A DNA stretch of 64,000 nt from assembly GCF_021869535.1 (NCBI RefSeq), contig NW_026262701.1:1178001-1242000 (forward strand). Direction: 5' to 3'. Each line of letters starts with the position of its first letter. The stretch's first letter is position 1. Origin of the DNA: Mytilus californianus (taxonomy: Eukaryota). The position numbers and the translations under genes were made by a program. Shown piece after piece: positions 1-12,164 of this stretch. A model generated the notes under the pieces. That model was given only the letters and a program-made list of their open reading frames with translations. It was not told where the DNA came from and did not search any database.

Positions 1-190
1 ATACTTTAATCCGACGGTTAGATTTCCCTTTTTCTAAATTTTTGATATCGGTGATTTTTATAGCGTACTTTTTGGTATGTGAGTTGCCCTTTGTTGAAGG
101 GCGTACGATGAACTAAATTTGCTTTCATCTTTTATGGATGTTTGTCTCATCGGCAATTATGTCCGATCTTCTCATTTTTTATGATAACCT
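1..190 (+). repeat. Short interspersed mytilid repeat (SINE-like family ending ...gtctcattggc...catcttct)
   Basis: Degenerate match to the copies at 18848-19008 and 60750-60860 (gttgaag..cgtac..tgacc..., gtctcat(t/c)ggca...atcttctc). Confidence 0.4.
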
Positions 191-589
191 CTCGATTTTA
201 TAAATTTTTTGATCAATTTTTTTAAAGAAAGGGCTCTGGATGAAATGTCAATTATTTGATGACTTTTAGTTTTTTTGTTGTTGGCTTGCTGTCTCGTTGT
301 ATTTTAAGTAGTTTTAGAAATAATTTTATTACATTCGAAGGACTTTTTTTAACCAAGAATGCTGCATTTGTTCATTGCTCTTTTAAGCGAATTCTTCTCT
401 GAAATGCTTTTAATTTGTATATATCAATTTGCACTCACGTTGTCAGTCTTCATGAAACATTATTTGATTACGTGGATACAGTCTGTTTTTATAAATAAAA
501 AGATTTTTTTTAATTAACCGCTTCCAAGAACTATAAGTTTTTTTTTATATTTTGGACTTATTTAGAACAAATATTGGTCATCCAGGAAC

Positions 590-1010
590 ATTCAAGTTCG
601 GCCTAATAATTTTCCTTATAGAAATAGGCTTTTTCATCATAAATAGGTAATTTAACGACTTATTCATAAAAAGAAGGGATTCAAAATATCGAGTGTTCGA
701 AAAAGTATCAAGTTTGTAGTCGAAAAAGTCATTGCTTTCTCCAATTAAAAACAAAATATGTTTTTGGCGTGACATTTAACGTGAGTTCGGCCTGCAAATG
801 TTCCTTTATATATAATTTCGGCATATATCTGAATTGTATGCTTAAAATATAAGGGTCAAATTATAATTATTGAATATACAACTTTGACACATAACATTCA
901 AAGTACAATATTTCGCTTAATCAGTTAATTATTTATGTTGGTAATATATTCCTGTTTTAATTTGACAAGTTGTAACTTGACCTACCCTTAATGAACATTG
1001 TGAAGGACAT
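590..1010 (+). mobile_element. Degenerate copy of the 5' ORF region of a Penelope-like element family
   Basis: Shares aagttcggc / ttcggcatatatctgaattg / aacattgtgaagg anchors, in the same order, with 18490-19180 and 22070-22610; broken reading REFGLQMFLYI*FRHISELY. Confidence 0.45.
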
Positions 1011-1084
1011 CGAATTCAAAAAAGGTCGAAATGAAATGCATGCAAAATCCATCTTAAAAGCAAAGCTTTAAAATAGATGTCCTC

Positions 1085-1530
1085 TTGAGACATGTAAGAC
1101 TTATTAAAACATGTTTTGTTTTGAGCGCAAACTGTCGTAGACTCGATCAGGTTTTGGTTGACTGTTATGGAATATCTTTTTCAAATAGGACCAGGAGTTG
1201 TTCCATATATCGTAACCACAACCCCGTCCTCTTTTACATACATAAAACAACTTATTACAGGGGATTTACTTGCCTGAGCAATACGACTGATACCACATGA
1301 GGAGTAGACAATATTATGTCTTCCGAGCACTTGAGAACAACCCAGGGTTTGGGTTCGTGTTTCTTTCTTTTTCTATGTGATTGTTGCTTTTCCTTTCGTT
1401 GTTTGGTCATAGTGTTGTCTGTTGTTATAAAATCAATTCACGAGATTTGAACATTGGGAAACTACTGTCGTCTTAATTTATTTCATTTACGATTTCCGAT
1501 ATCTCACTCGGTATCTTCTGTCTTGTTTTT
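1085..1530 (+). mobile_element. Degenerate 3' end/UTR of a Penelope-like element and its non-autonomous derivative
   Basis: gttccatatatcgtaaccacaacccc...ccacatgaggag...cttccgagcacttgag...gggttcgtgtt; reverse complement of the better-preserved copy at 11353-11770. Confidence 0.5.
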
Positions 1531-2439
1531 ATGGAATGATATTTAAAGTTTTTCAAATATTTTATCATTATTAGTCAAACGATTTGAAAGAATCAATAGT
1601 CCATTTGTTTGAAATCGCAAACTCACGTATATTTAAAACAAATATCCACATAATGTCAAATGTTATAAATGTATACCGCTTAATCGTTTGAGAAATGTTC
1701 AAGTGTACGGGAGAATAATTATTTAAGAATTTTGGAAAAATATCATTCAAACATTGTCACTATTATAGCGAACATGTGGCAATGAATTATGAACAAGTAT
1801 TTAGAAAAAAAAATTTAATGAACATTTCCTGGAAATATCAAAATGTTAACAAAACATTACGAACCTTTTTTGTAGACATTAGCTCTGACCGTAACCGTAA
1901 AACTATTTACATATATCATATCTTAATTATAATGTTCTGTATATTAAGTATATCTTGAATGTTTTCATAGGATTCTTATTTTTCAGTTTTAACATTTACA
2001 TTAAAAAACTCATTTTCTTAGTAATTTCTATTGTAAAAAAGTGAATTTACAATGTAATTAGTGTAAACAATGACAACGAAAGCGATATCAAAACTATGAA
2101 AACTATAACAGTATTTACTTCTATAGTTTCAGATGTTTTAAATATCATAGATCATCAATTAAATATTGACAAACATTACAACATGTTATAACTTTTGTAA
2201 TTGTTTTGCTTAAATCATTTATTTTACATCCATTTTTATTATAAGTGTTTAGGTTTCACACACCGAAGTCCACACCTTCAATTATTAATTTCATTCATAA
2301 CCTTCGCTATTAAAAGAAAACAATTTACATTTCTCATATAGGCAGATAAGAGAAAATATAAGAGAAAATCACAGTTAATTTATCGCCCAAACAAAACATA
2401 TTTAATGCATGCAAAGCGTTTGTCACTAGTAGTACCTGG

Positions 2440-2740
2440 TAGCGGCTGAGTCTTTATGAATTTCATGCATCCGAAGCAGTTATGGATTAACTATCCGCCA
2501 GCAGTGGTTTCGACCAAGTGTTAGTAAGTAAAAATGATACTTTATAAATGTGGTGCTTCAGAAGTTTTTATTTAATTTACCTGCATTTGGAACGCTCACA
2601 GACAAAAATTAAAAAGCCTCTGATATCTTCACAAGTAGAAAAGTTAGAAGCAATATAAACAAAAAGAGATATAAAAAGAATAGCCAAATAATGTTCAGGT
2701 CAATTTTGCCTTCATGAAGTTGAAACCTTAGTTTTGTTTT
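2440..2740 (+). mobile_element. PLE pseudo-LTR remnant (degenerate hammerhead motif on minus strand)
   Basis: ccagcagtggtttcgacc; tttacctgcatttggaacgctcac; aatagccaaa...ggtcaattttgcc...gttgaaaccttag all align to the pLTR at 45995-46190. Confidence 0.45.
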
Positions 2741-2771
2741 TATTAATTACTTACAACATGGAATTTTAAAC

Positions 2772-3337
2772 TCGAGAAAGAAGACGTAGATACTCTTTAT
2801 GAATATATTAAGGCTGTGAGGTCGTTGATACAAATCAGAACATAAATCTTTAATGACCCAAATGTTGTAAAACAACTGTCCTACCCCCATGACAAATATG
2901 TTGTTGTCCCCGCAGATAAAGTCCAAAACAACATCGTGTTTTTGTGCAAATCACATTACATAAACTGCTTGCTAAATGAATTATGTATTGACAATTCACT
3001 TGGAACTACCCCTACGACACTTACCAAGGAGGAAATCCGGGATATTGGTAGGTCTGTTCTATTTTCCTTTGGAATTTCAACCAAAAATGAAAAACTGGGT
3101 CTTCCTTCACTGTATTGGATACCTAAACTACATAAGTGTCCTTACAAACAACGTTATATTGCTGGGTCTTCCAAGTGCTCAACGAAACCTCTTTCTAAAT
3201 TAAAAAAATCAATTTTATCAGCAATGAAAGCCGGGCTTCAAAGTTATTGTAAAACTACTTATTTTAGAGGTAGCGGGAATCAGATGTGGATACTAAAATC
3301 TTCCAAAGATATTTTAGAGTACATACAATCTAAAAAG
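2772..3337 (+). mobile_element. Penelope-like retroelement reverse transcriptase fragment
   Basis: ORF 2936-3340 LPSLYWIPKLHKCPYKQRYIAGSSKCSTKPLS...QMWILKSSKD, preceded by KYVVVPADKVQNNIVF: typical PLE RT N-terminal motifs. Confidence 0.9.
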
Positions 3338-3383
3338 TAAAATAACAAAAATACCGAACTCCAAGGGATATTTAAAACGGAAA

Positions 3384-4894
3384 TTAATAAAAAAAGTCTA
3401 GGAGTTTATTTTGGAACAAATCGAGCTGAATGTGATAAGCTTAATACTGAAAAAATAATACAAAAATGTGACAAATTAATAAGTAATTGGAAAAAAAGAA
3501 ATCTTACAATGATAGGTAAAATAACAATTGTAAAATCTCTTCTTATACCAAACCTTACATATTTGGCTTCAGTTACAAACCTACCACATGAATTTATTCA
3601 ACAGTTTAAAACCCTTATTTATAATTTTATATGGGATGGTAAAAAAGAAAAAGTAAAACGAACCATATTAAGCAAAGATACTACTGATGGAGGTCTTAAG
3701 ATGACAGATATAGACAATTATATAACTGCACTACAAATAGCATGGATTAAAAGACTAACTGCAGATAATTTTGCTAACTGGAAAGTGATTCCGACATTTT
3801 ACTTAAATAAATTTGGTGCTAATTTCATGTTACTTTACATGAATCCAGATAACATTTACTCCATACAAAACCTACATAAAACTTTACCAAAATTCTACTT
3901 AGAAATTGTAAAATCCTGGTTCAAAGTACAAAATTTAAATAACACCAAACTCACGATGAATTTTAAAAACATTAGACAACAAATCTTATGGGGAAATAAA
4001 ATGATAAAGTTTCAAGGAAAGTGTTTAATTTTTATAAAATGGATAAAAGAAGGTATTATGTATGTTAATGATATTATTGACCAGAATGGTAACATCTCTC
4101 AAGATATAATATCTAATAAAATACCCTCAAAATCCAATTTAATGTTTGAAATTTCAAAAATTAAATACGCTATACCAAATGAATGGCTCAAGACACTTAA
4201 ATCAGATCAATCAATAAAATCAAAAGTAAAAAATAAACTTAACCTTTGTATTAAGACAAAAGAAAAAAATAAAATAACAAATTTACAAGCAATGGAAACA
4301 AAACAGATATACACATACATTAATAGTAGAAATGAAGACATACCTTCAGGTTTCTTAAAATGGAAACGTGTACTAAATTTAGATTCTTTAATCCCAATTA
4401 AATCAATGCTAAATTTCGTATTTACTTATTTAAAAGATAACAGATTAAAACTATTTAAATGGAAATTGTTGCATCATATCCTTCCTTGTAAACAACTGCT
4501 CTTTCAATGGAAGATAAAAGAAGACAGTAAATGTGACTTATGTAATGAAACAGAAGATTATAAACATTTTTTTCTGGAATGTCAATACTTTGAAGCTTTT
4601 TGGGAAAAGATCAAAATACTATTAAATAAAGTTAAAATTGGTCATCATATCCTAAACTACAGAAATCTCATAGTAGGATATAAAATCTGTGACATCAATT
4701 ATTATGACATAAATCTTTTGGTAACACTCATTACATTTTCCATCCACAAGTGTACTCACATTTCAAATTATAAAACTACAAATCTTGATGTATATGCCCT
4801 GTTCAAAAAAGATTTTTTGAACTATTTAAATATTTCGACACTAACAGGAGTTAAACATGGTAACATTTTGAAAGAAATAAGCTTGTACATATAA
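3384..4894 (+). mobile_element. L1/Tx1-clade LINE, 5'-truncated ORF2 C-terminus (post-RT region plus zf-RVT)
   Basis: Frame open from KSLGVYFG (~3396) through ORF 3509-4894: GKITIVKSLL, FIWDGK, GGLKMTDI, C-terminal CDLCNETEDYKHFFLEC zinc motif. Confidence 0.9.
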
Positions 4895-5439
4895 TTATTA
4901 TTTTATGCATATATGTTATATGCTATATTTATTCAGCAATACACGTGTCTCATCATTATTTAATCTTTAGACCACGTGTTGTGGACTTCGTCATGATCAT
5001 GATCAGTGATAAAACATTAAACCCCAATTATCCTAAAAGCATCCTTACTTTTTTTTTTAAATCACATATTCACAAATAACTAAACTGATATAAACACATC
5101 AATTCGCAACCAAGTATGTATACCTACATAATTAATAATAAGTACAAGCAGCTTCGCCAGTTAGCTTGCCTCCATCGTATGATCGTTGATCAACAGGTCA
5201 TGACCAGGTCAACTAACATATACAGAGTCAAAGCGGTCCACGATTGTAATTTTTCCGGAAATTAATTTCTGAAGTAATCTGTTGTATTGATACATAGAAT
5301 GTAAATCTAACAATTTATTATTATTAATGTACTGAGCAATCTCCCTGTTTGTTCAGTAAAACTAATCCTACAGGGGTGCCCTGTCAAATGCTGTAGACAT
5401 GGTATTCATTATAACAGCAATAGTGCAATAAATCAGATT

Positions 5440-5990
5440 TTAGATAAAAAAAATAAAAAAATAAAACGGAAATTCATATATAAAATGGCAAAATCAAAAG
5501 CTCAAGCACCTCAAACAAATGGACAACAACTGTTATATTCCTCACTTGGTACAGGCATGTCATAATGTAGGAAATGGTGGATTAAATCTGGTTTTATAGA
5601 TAGCTAAACCTCTCACTTGTATGACAGTCGCATATAATTCCATTATATTGACAACAATGTGTAAGCAAAAAAACCAGACAAAATAGGTAAAAATGTCAAA
5701 AATGGGGATACAGCAGTCAACACTGTAATATAATCTTAATCACTATACAAATAAATAACTATTTTAATGAAGAAAAACAAAATGGCATATAGACACTCTG
5801 TAGACAAAGAATGAAGCAAAAATGAAAGACTAGAATACAACACAAAAAATGGACTAAACAGTAATAATAAAAAAAAAAACACTATAACACGTAGTAAAGA
5901 TAATAAACAACGTCAGTACCTAGAATCCATACTTTAAGACCATCATGTATTATTTGTGAATTCGATACAGAATATTGATCAACAAGGTAT
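5440..5990 (-). repeat. Abundant mytilid interspersed repeat (PLE-derived non-autonomous family)
   Basis: aaatggcaaaatcaaaagctc...ggtggattaaatctggttttatagatagctaaacctctcac; reverse complement of 20878-21345 and 34770-35330. Confidence 0.65.
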
Positions 5991-6750
5991 TGATATCTTC
6001 CAATAAATTTTTTTTAGAAAAAGGACGAGACGTTCTTTGACATAACCTTGGCTCATTAACTTTCTGCTCATACACTGGTAATGTTTAATAAAGTCTGAGT
6101 AGTATCTGTAAGCTCTTAGTACCGAATGAGTTGGGAAATGTATATCCCATATGCAGGTAAAGTTGGTATATTGCTGCTAAGGCCAGATCATATATCAAAA
6201 TTAAAATCGTCTCGTTTGTCATAGATGTTGGTGCTGGGTTGACCGCTTATGTCAAATTCGAGGTATAAGTCTAAAATGAGGCAGAGGAAGCCGTGTCTGT
6301 TGTTTCTGTAATTTCTAGTTCAGGAAGATATATTAATGGAAAGAACATCATCAATATATCTGAATGTGAAATCAAATCATCTGGCTTCTTTGATCTTCTT
6401 GTTTTTGACAAGTGTCTAAAGCAACTCCGACTGTATGAAAATAAGAAGAGGTCGACAAGGAGAGGCGCGCAGTTAGTCCCCATAGAAATGTCGACAACAT
6501 GGACAAGTTGTTGTAAAAGATTACCTCCAAATTCAACAAATATTGTCAATTAGAAACTCTAGCATACTGATCACTTGTTCTTCTGTGTAGCATGTTTAAC
6601 CTTTTATATGCCAAATATGCCGTGTGGTATCCCAAAGCAATCAATTGATAGCTCTTTCAATTTAAGAATATTTTGTTTTGCAATAGTAGTAAAACATTTG
6701 ACTTTTCTACACTTAACACAAGTAATCCCTATTCCAAACTAAAAAAACAA
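5990..6750 (-). mobile_element. Penelope-like RT fragment
   Basis: Minus ORF 6271-6549 FVEFGG...SMGTNCAPLLVDLFLFSY, then frameshifted FRYIDD region and DKRDDFNFDI. Confidence 0.85.
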
Positions 6751-6751
6751 A

Positions 6752-8735
6752 TTGAAAGACTTGGTCCTTGTTTGTTTCATAAAAAAAATTGGCCAACGTA
6801 GAAACAAGTATCTTGTCTTAGGGAGGGATACACCTCACTTTGTAAAAAATCACTCTGATTCAAATAAACAATTCTCTGAAACTGATATTATCAAAATGCT
6901 TGATTTTTTGATTGACAACATATTTGTTACGTTTGGAGGACCTGTTTTTTAAACAAACATTCGGCATTCATACAGTCAGCATACAGACCACGTAATTCAA
7001 CTGAAACTGCATTGGCTAGAGTATATCATGATATAAATGCGGCTTTAGATAAACAGTCATCAGTTGTATTGGTGCTCTTGGACCTTTCTGCTGCATTCGA
7101 TGTCATAGATCACAGAATTCTTCTGGAACGTCTGTCATTTGCGTATGGCATAACTGGTTGCGCCCTCGAATGGATTAAGTCGTATTTAATGGACAACTGG
7201 GTGAACTATTTTTCAAAACTTGAACTATGTCTTTCCGACATTAGTTCATGGATGTCAACAAATATGTTAAAATTGAATCAAGATAAAACCGAACTGATCA
7301 TATTCACACCGAAACATCTGAAGGCAGGTGTGTCAAATCTCCAACTCAAAGTCGGCAATAATGTGGTAAGTAGTGTATCCTGCGTGAAAAACCTAGATGT
7401 ATATTTTGATCAACATCTTACGATGGAACGGCAAGTTTCTGCCATAGTAAAATCTGGTCATTTCCACATTAGTAATATTGGACGCATTCGCAGCTTTATA
7501 ACAAAAACCGCTTGCAAGACACTAGTGAACAGTCTAGTAACATCCAGACTTGATTATGGGAATATTCTGCTGAACGGTATTAAGAAGACTGCGATGAACA
7601 GATTACAAAAAGTACAAAATACAGCAGCCCGTTTTATCACCAGGACAAGAAAACATGAACATATTACTCCGATACTTGCTGATTTACATTGGTTACCCGT
7701 CCAATACCGACCACAATACAAAATACTTACATATGTGTACTGCGATTTGAATGGCATTGGCCCTGCTTACATTTGGGAACTAGTCAATTTACAAGTGCCA
7801 AACCGATCTCTGCGTTCAAGCTCTACAAAACAACTTACCGTTCCAAAAGTGAGAAAGAACGGTGAAAGACAATTTGATTGGGCAGCCGCATCTCTATGGA
7901 ACAATCTCCCGAACAGTTTAAGACAATGCAAGTCCCTAGAGTGTTTTAAATCTCAGCTAAAAACTCGTTTTTATCGAATTGCTTTTTAATTCGATCTTTT
8001 TCATTTTCTCTTTTATTAGGTTTTACTTGTTTTGTATCAACTTTTAATGCAAGTTTTTTTATTCCTTTTTAGATTTTTTGCTTGTTTTGCATGCTTTTAG
8101 CCTATATTGCTAATTTTTAAATTTTTTGTTTTAAAATGTATTTGCGTATTGACCTTTTATTTTATGGTAGGCATTTTTGTTGTATTTTGTTTATTTTTTC
8201 TGAATCAAATTTGTTTTATGTTTTTGTCATTGATTTGTTTTCATTACCATTTTGAATGTACAGCGCCTTAGCGTAATTTTTATTTTTTATATAGGGCGCT
8301 TTATAATTTTTCATTATTATTATTATTATTCCCATGGAACCAACTGTGCTCCCCTCTTGCCGACTTGTTCCTTTATTCATATGAGGCTGACTTCATACAG
8401 GAACTTTAAGGAATAATGAAAGGAAGATAGCAGTATCCTTTCACTTCACTTTCCGACATATAAATGATGTTCTTTCGCTAAATAATTCAAAATGTGGTGA
8501 CTTTATTGGATGCGTCTATCCCATCAAACTTGAGATAAGGGATACACCAAATACTGTTAAATCTGTCTCATATCTTGCCTTACATCTCGAAATTGACAAT
8601 GAGGGTCGGTTAAAAACAAAACTTTACGACAATACAGATGATTTCAGCTACCCAATTTTGATCTTTCCATTTCTATGTAGCAATATTCCAGCAGCGCCTG
8701 CATACGGAATATATATTTCCCAGTTGATACGATAT
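6752..8735 (+). mobile_element. Penelope-like RT fragment split by an L2 insertion (pieces 6752-6969 and 8331-8735)
   Basis: SETDIIKMLDFLIDNIFVTFGG...cggcattc | L2 | ccatggaaccaactgtgctcccctcttgccgacttgttc (the PMGTNCAPLLADLFLYSYE motif resumes). Confidence 0.85.
6970..8330 (+). mobile_element. L2/CR1-group LINE, 5'-truncated and internally deleted, (ATT)n tail
   Basis: QSAYRPRNSTETAL; ORF 7012-7989 LDLSAAFDVIDH, LKLNQDKTELI, RLQKVQNTAAR, LHWLP, LWNNLP; 3' gcgccttag...gggcgcttta followed by (att)6. Confidence 0.9.
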
Positions 8736-8869
8736 TTTTAGTTTTTATGTTGTGTTGTGTTGTGTTTTGTGTAATGTTGTTTGTCTTTTTCTTTTTAGCC
8801 ATGGCGTTGTCAGTTTATTTCCGACTTACGAGTTTGAATGTCATTTGATATTTTTCGCCTTATAAAATC

Positions 8870-9695
8870 ATTTCAGCCGATGATAACCTCGGGGACTTAC
8901 AGTCAACCAAAGTGGTATCAAAAGTAAGAATCTATATGACCAAATGGGACCTAAAGAGAAAATACAAAATCAGCTATGGTCAACTTTGCTTTAGAGAGTT
9001 GGAATCTCAGTTTTTCAGTGATTTCGTAATTAAACGACGGGGGAGTTTAGAAAATATTGTATAAAGAATGTACCAAAATACTGACTACTGAGTTAATGAT
9101 ACCTTCATGGACTGCTAGTCCACTAGCAGTTGTATCGTCTACTAGCAGTTGTATCGAACAAGTGTTTTGCAATGAATAGTCTATAAATTTCTGACGTCCA
9201 AAGCGACTTTTTGGAATTTATCTAACAGGATTATATATTGAGCTTCATAATTTAAATATGTTACATGGAGATATATATAAGTGTTTTTTAATACAAAACT
9301 CACAACACAATAGGCTCTGACCGTCGTAATACTCAAATTCTTGTAAAAAATATTCCGATTAATGTATAGTATTAGTTGAATTTTCCTTTAAATTGTTGCA
9401 GGAATTTTCTCAGATTTTGTATATTGAATAAATATAAAACTGTATTTGTCCAAGGCAGGAAACTGCGATAAAACTACAAATACTCTATGTGTTCATGGTA
9501 CTTTCAGCGAAAACATCTATACAATTCTTAAAAAGAATACTTTATTCAATTTTAGAATAAAAATTTACGATGAAATCATTGTAATGCATAAATATTTCTA
9601 ATACATTGTAATAATCCCAGTTTTATTTAAATTATTCTTTGATTAGTTATTTTTTTAATGTCTTTTTGCATTCAAGTTGTCAGTTTTTACTACAA
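8870..9695 (+). mobile_element. PLE pLTR plus 5' ORF region, degenerate copy
   Basis: Collinear with 17450-18370 (tatggtcaactttgctt, gtccactagcagttgtatcg, caaggcaggaaactg, ataatcccagtt). Confidence 0.55.
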
Positions 9696-9699
9696 TTCC

Positions 9700-11345
9700 A
9701 GGTGTAATATCACTAAATCATAGTACGTCACACCCGGTTGCATACGAAAAAGGGTCGAAAAAAAATATTCCCTTGAATTTGACAGTTGTAGGAAATTAAT
9801 CCTACATTGCATTGAAGTTAAAAATTTCTGAGTCATAAACATATATCTTGGGTGTTTCAAAGCACCATTTTTTTTTATTTGGTGTTTCTATAGAATATTT
9901 TGGAAACTTGAGGTTACATGGTTTCTAAAGCTTGTACACAGGAAAACAAAGGGGTGAACATTTGATTGGTTAACTTCCGGTGATGGTTATTATCTTATAT
10001 GCAATGAAATGTTAAATGAAATTTTGTCTGTAGTACTGGACAGGTTAAAACTTTACTCATGCCAAGTATTTCTTTATTTGAAACATAGATAAATTCTGCA
10101 CAATTTTTTGAAAAGTGCAAATTTAACAGACTAATTGGGGAAAAACAATGGTGGTATTACACCTAATATGGAAAGCTGTACATGCACCTTTGACCTTGTA
10201 TGTACTCTTATTTGTTAAAATTCATGGTATTTATGTGAAATACTACAAAAATGAAATATTCTGAGTAGATTGAGTCTCAAAAACACATTTTATGAGAAAA
10301 TTGCCTTGAAATAGGATTCTACCATGAATATTAGTAGACAGAGCAAGCCATACTCAGTGTTTTGGGGAGCTTTTTCTGACTTTTTCTCCTTATTTCTTAT
10401 ATTTTGCTATAATAGAAAAATTTTCCTTCAGTAATACTTTAATAAATATACAGTTATAAGTAAATGAAATTATTTTTGAAGCAGTAACAACAAATTATTC
10501 ACTACAAGGAAAGCTTTTATGTCCCTCTCTGGAGCGCGGCGTATAGGACAAGGTACGATAAGGGGCATTTTTGGCCCCCTCTCAAAATAAGTTTATATTC
10601 ATATTATTGATAGTCTTGGAATAGAAACTTGAAAAAATAATGATTTGTTTATGTTCCGTTGAATGAATGGTTGCCTAGCAACGGTTTTATCACTTGTAAA
10701 TTTGCTTTATCTGTGCAAATTAACACAATTCCTTATTGAATTGATTGTGTAAGAATAACTTGAAGTTAAGAATGCGAAGTCACTATAATTTCAGTTTACT
10801 AAATGTTTAGCAACAACCTAGCAACAAAATTATTGCAACGGTACATTTTTTTAAATTTTTGCCATCTGAGGTATACATACAGCAAATGTTTGAAGATTAA
10901 GCTTACATAAATGGTATTTCAGTCTTATATGATATTGTAGTCATCATTTTTCTTTTATGAAGTTCGTATTGAGCTTAGCAACACAAATGTTGACGAGCAA
11001 CAACCAAATATAATTAAATTAAAGACAACTACAAAAATTAATTTATTTGTTATTTTATGGTACAGATAAGAATAAAAGCAAACAAGAGTGGTGTATAATG
11101 ATAATAACTATCAGTGAGAAATAAAAGCAATTCATATTTTAGTTCATGTTTCTCAACAGCTTAGCAACGGTTAAATAAAGGGTTTTTTATTTTCTGAAGT
11201 TTGAATTTCGCCATTTAAAAAAATATTTGTCATATTTTGATGACTGCTTTTTTTTGACAAAGTTAATCAAGCATAGCAACACATATGGTGCTTAGCAACT
11301 GCCAACATGTTTAAATTAAAGACAATTATAAATGACATATTTCTC
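9700..11345. repeat. Unclassified probable non-autonomous DNA element(s) rich in TAGCAAC motifs
   Basis: No ORF; repeated (c/t/a)tagcaac; perfect GTTGCCTAGCAAC at 10670-10682; termini not resolved. Confidence 0.3.
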
Positions 11346-11352
11346 GACAAAA

Positions 11353-11770
11353 TAGAAGAGGGACGAAAGATACCAGAGGGACAGTTAACTCATAGATCGA
11401 AAACAAACTGACAACGCCATGGCCAAAAATAAAAAGACAAACAGACAAATAATAGTACAGATGACACAACATAGAAAACTAAAGACTAAGCAACACGAAC
11501 CCCACCAAAAACTGGGGGTGATCTCAGGTGCTCCGGTAGGGTAAGCAGATCCTGCTCCACATGTGGCACCCGTCGTGTTGCTTATATTATTACAAATCCG
11601 GTAAATAGTCTTATTCGGTAGGTCACATTCGTAAAAAGGGAAGGATATTGTAGTTACGACATATGGAACATATCCGATATCATCTGTGAAACGGTTATTC
11701 CATAACGGTCAACCAACTCGTGATGGCGTCCTTAAAATTTATGAAGGGATGATTTCAACTTCACCATTGA
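11353..11770 (-). repeat. PLE 3'-end-derived mytilid repeat
   Basis: aagagggacgaaagatacc...acaacgccatggc...cacgaaccccaccaaaaactggggg...gcagatcctgctccacatgtggcacc; same family at 16675-16895 and 40110-40470. Confidence 0.7.
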
Positions 11771-12164
11771 TTGCATGAATACAAATCCGATTGTCCGATC
11801 TGTGTAAAAAAACTAGCAGAAGCAGTTCATTAGTAGTAAGCTTAGTAATCATCAACAACTTAGCAAGGGAACTAGTGATAAGGAGCGGTTCAAATGGGTT
11901 TTCTTTTATTTGAAATATGAATTTTTATTAAAAGTGTTCATTTTGTTTACATCCGATTTCATTCATACGATCGTACATAAAAGCATTGGTATTTATCTAT
12001 GTCATGAACATTCTCATACATTCATTTTCATTTAAACTTTTATCATTCCATCCAATAGAATTGGTGATGTTTTTCTTAACATTAGCAACTTCAACAATTT
12101 ATTATGTTGCAAAGGAAAGCTTTTTAATGGCACTCATGGTAGTACAATTTACACAATGATTAAA

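Noticed and set aside
5990-6969. Twin-priming inversion of a single PLE
   Set aside because: The two head-to-head pieces cover overlapping RT regions and belong to different subfamilies (EEQVISMLEFL versus SETDIIKMLDFL types).
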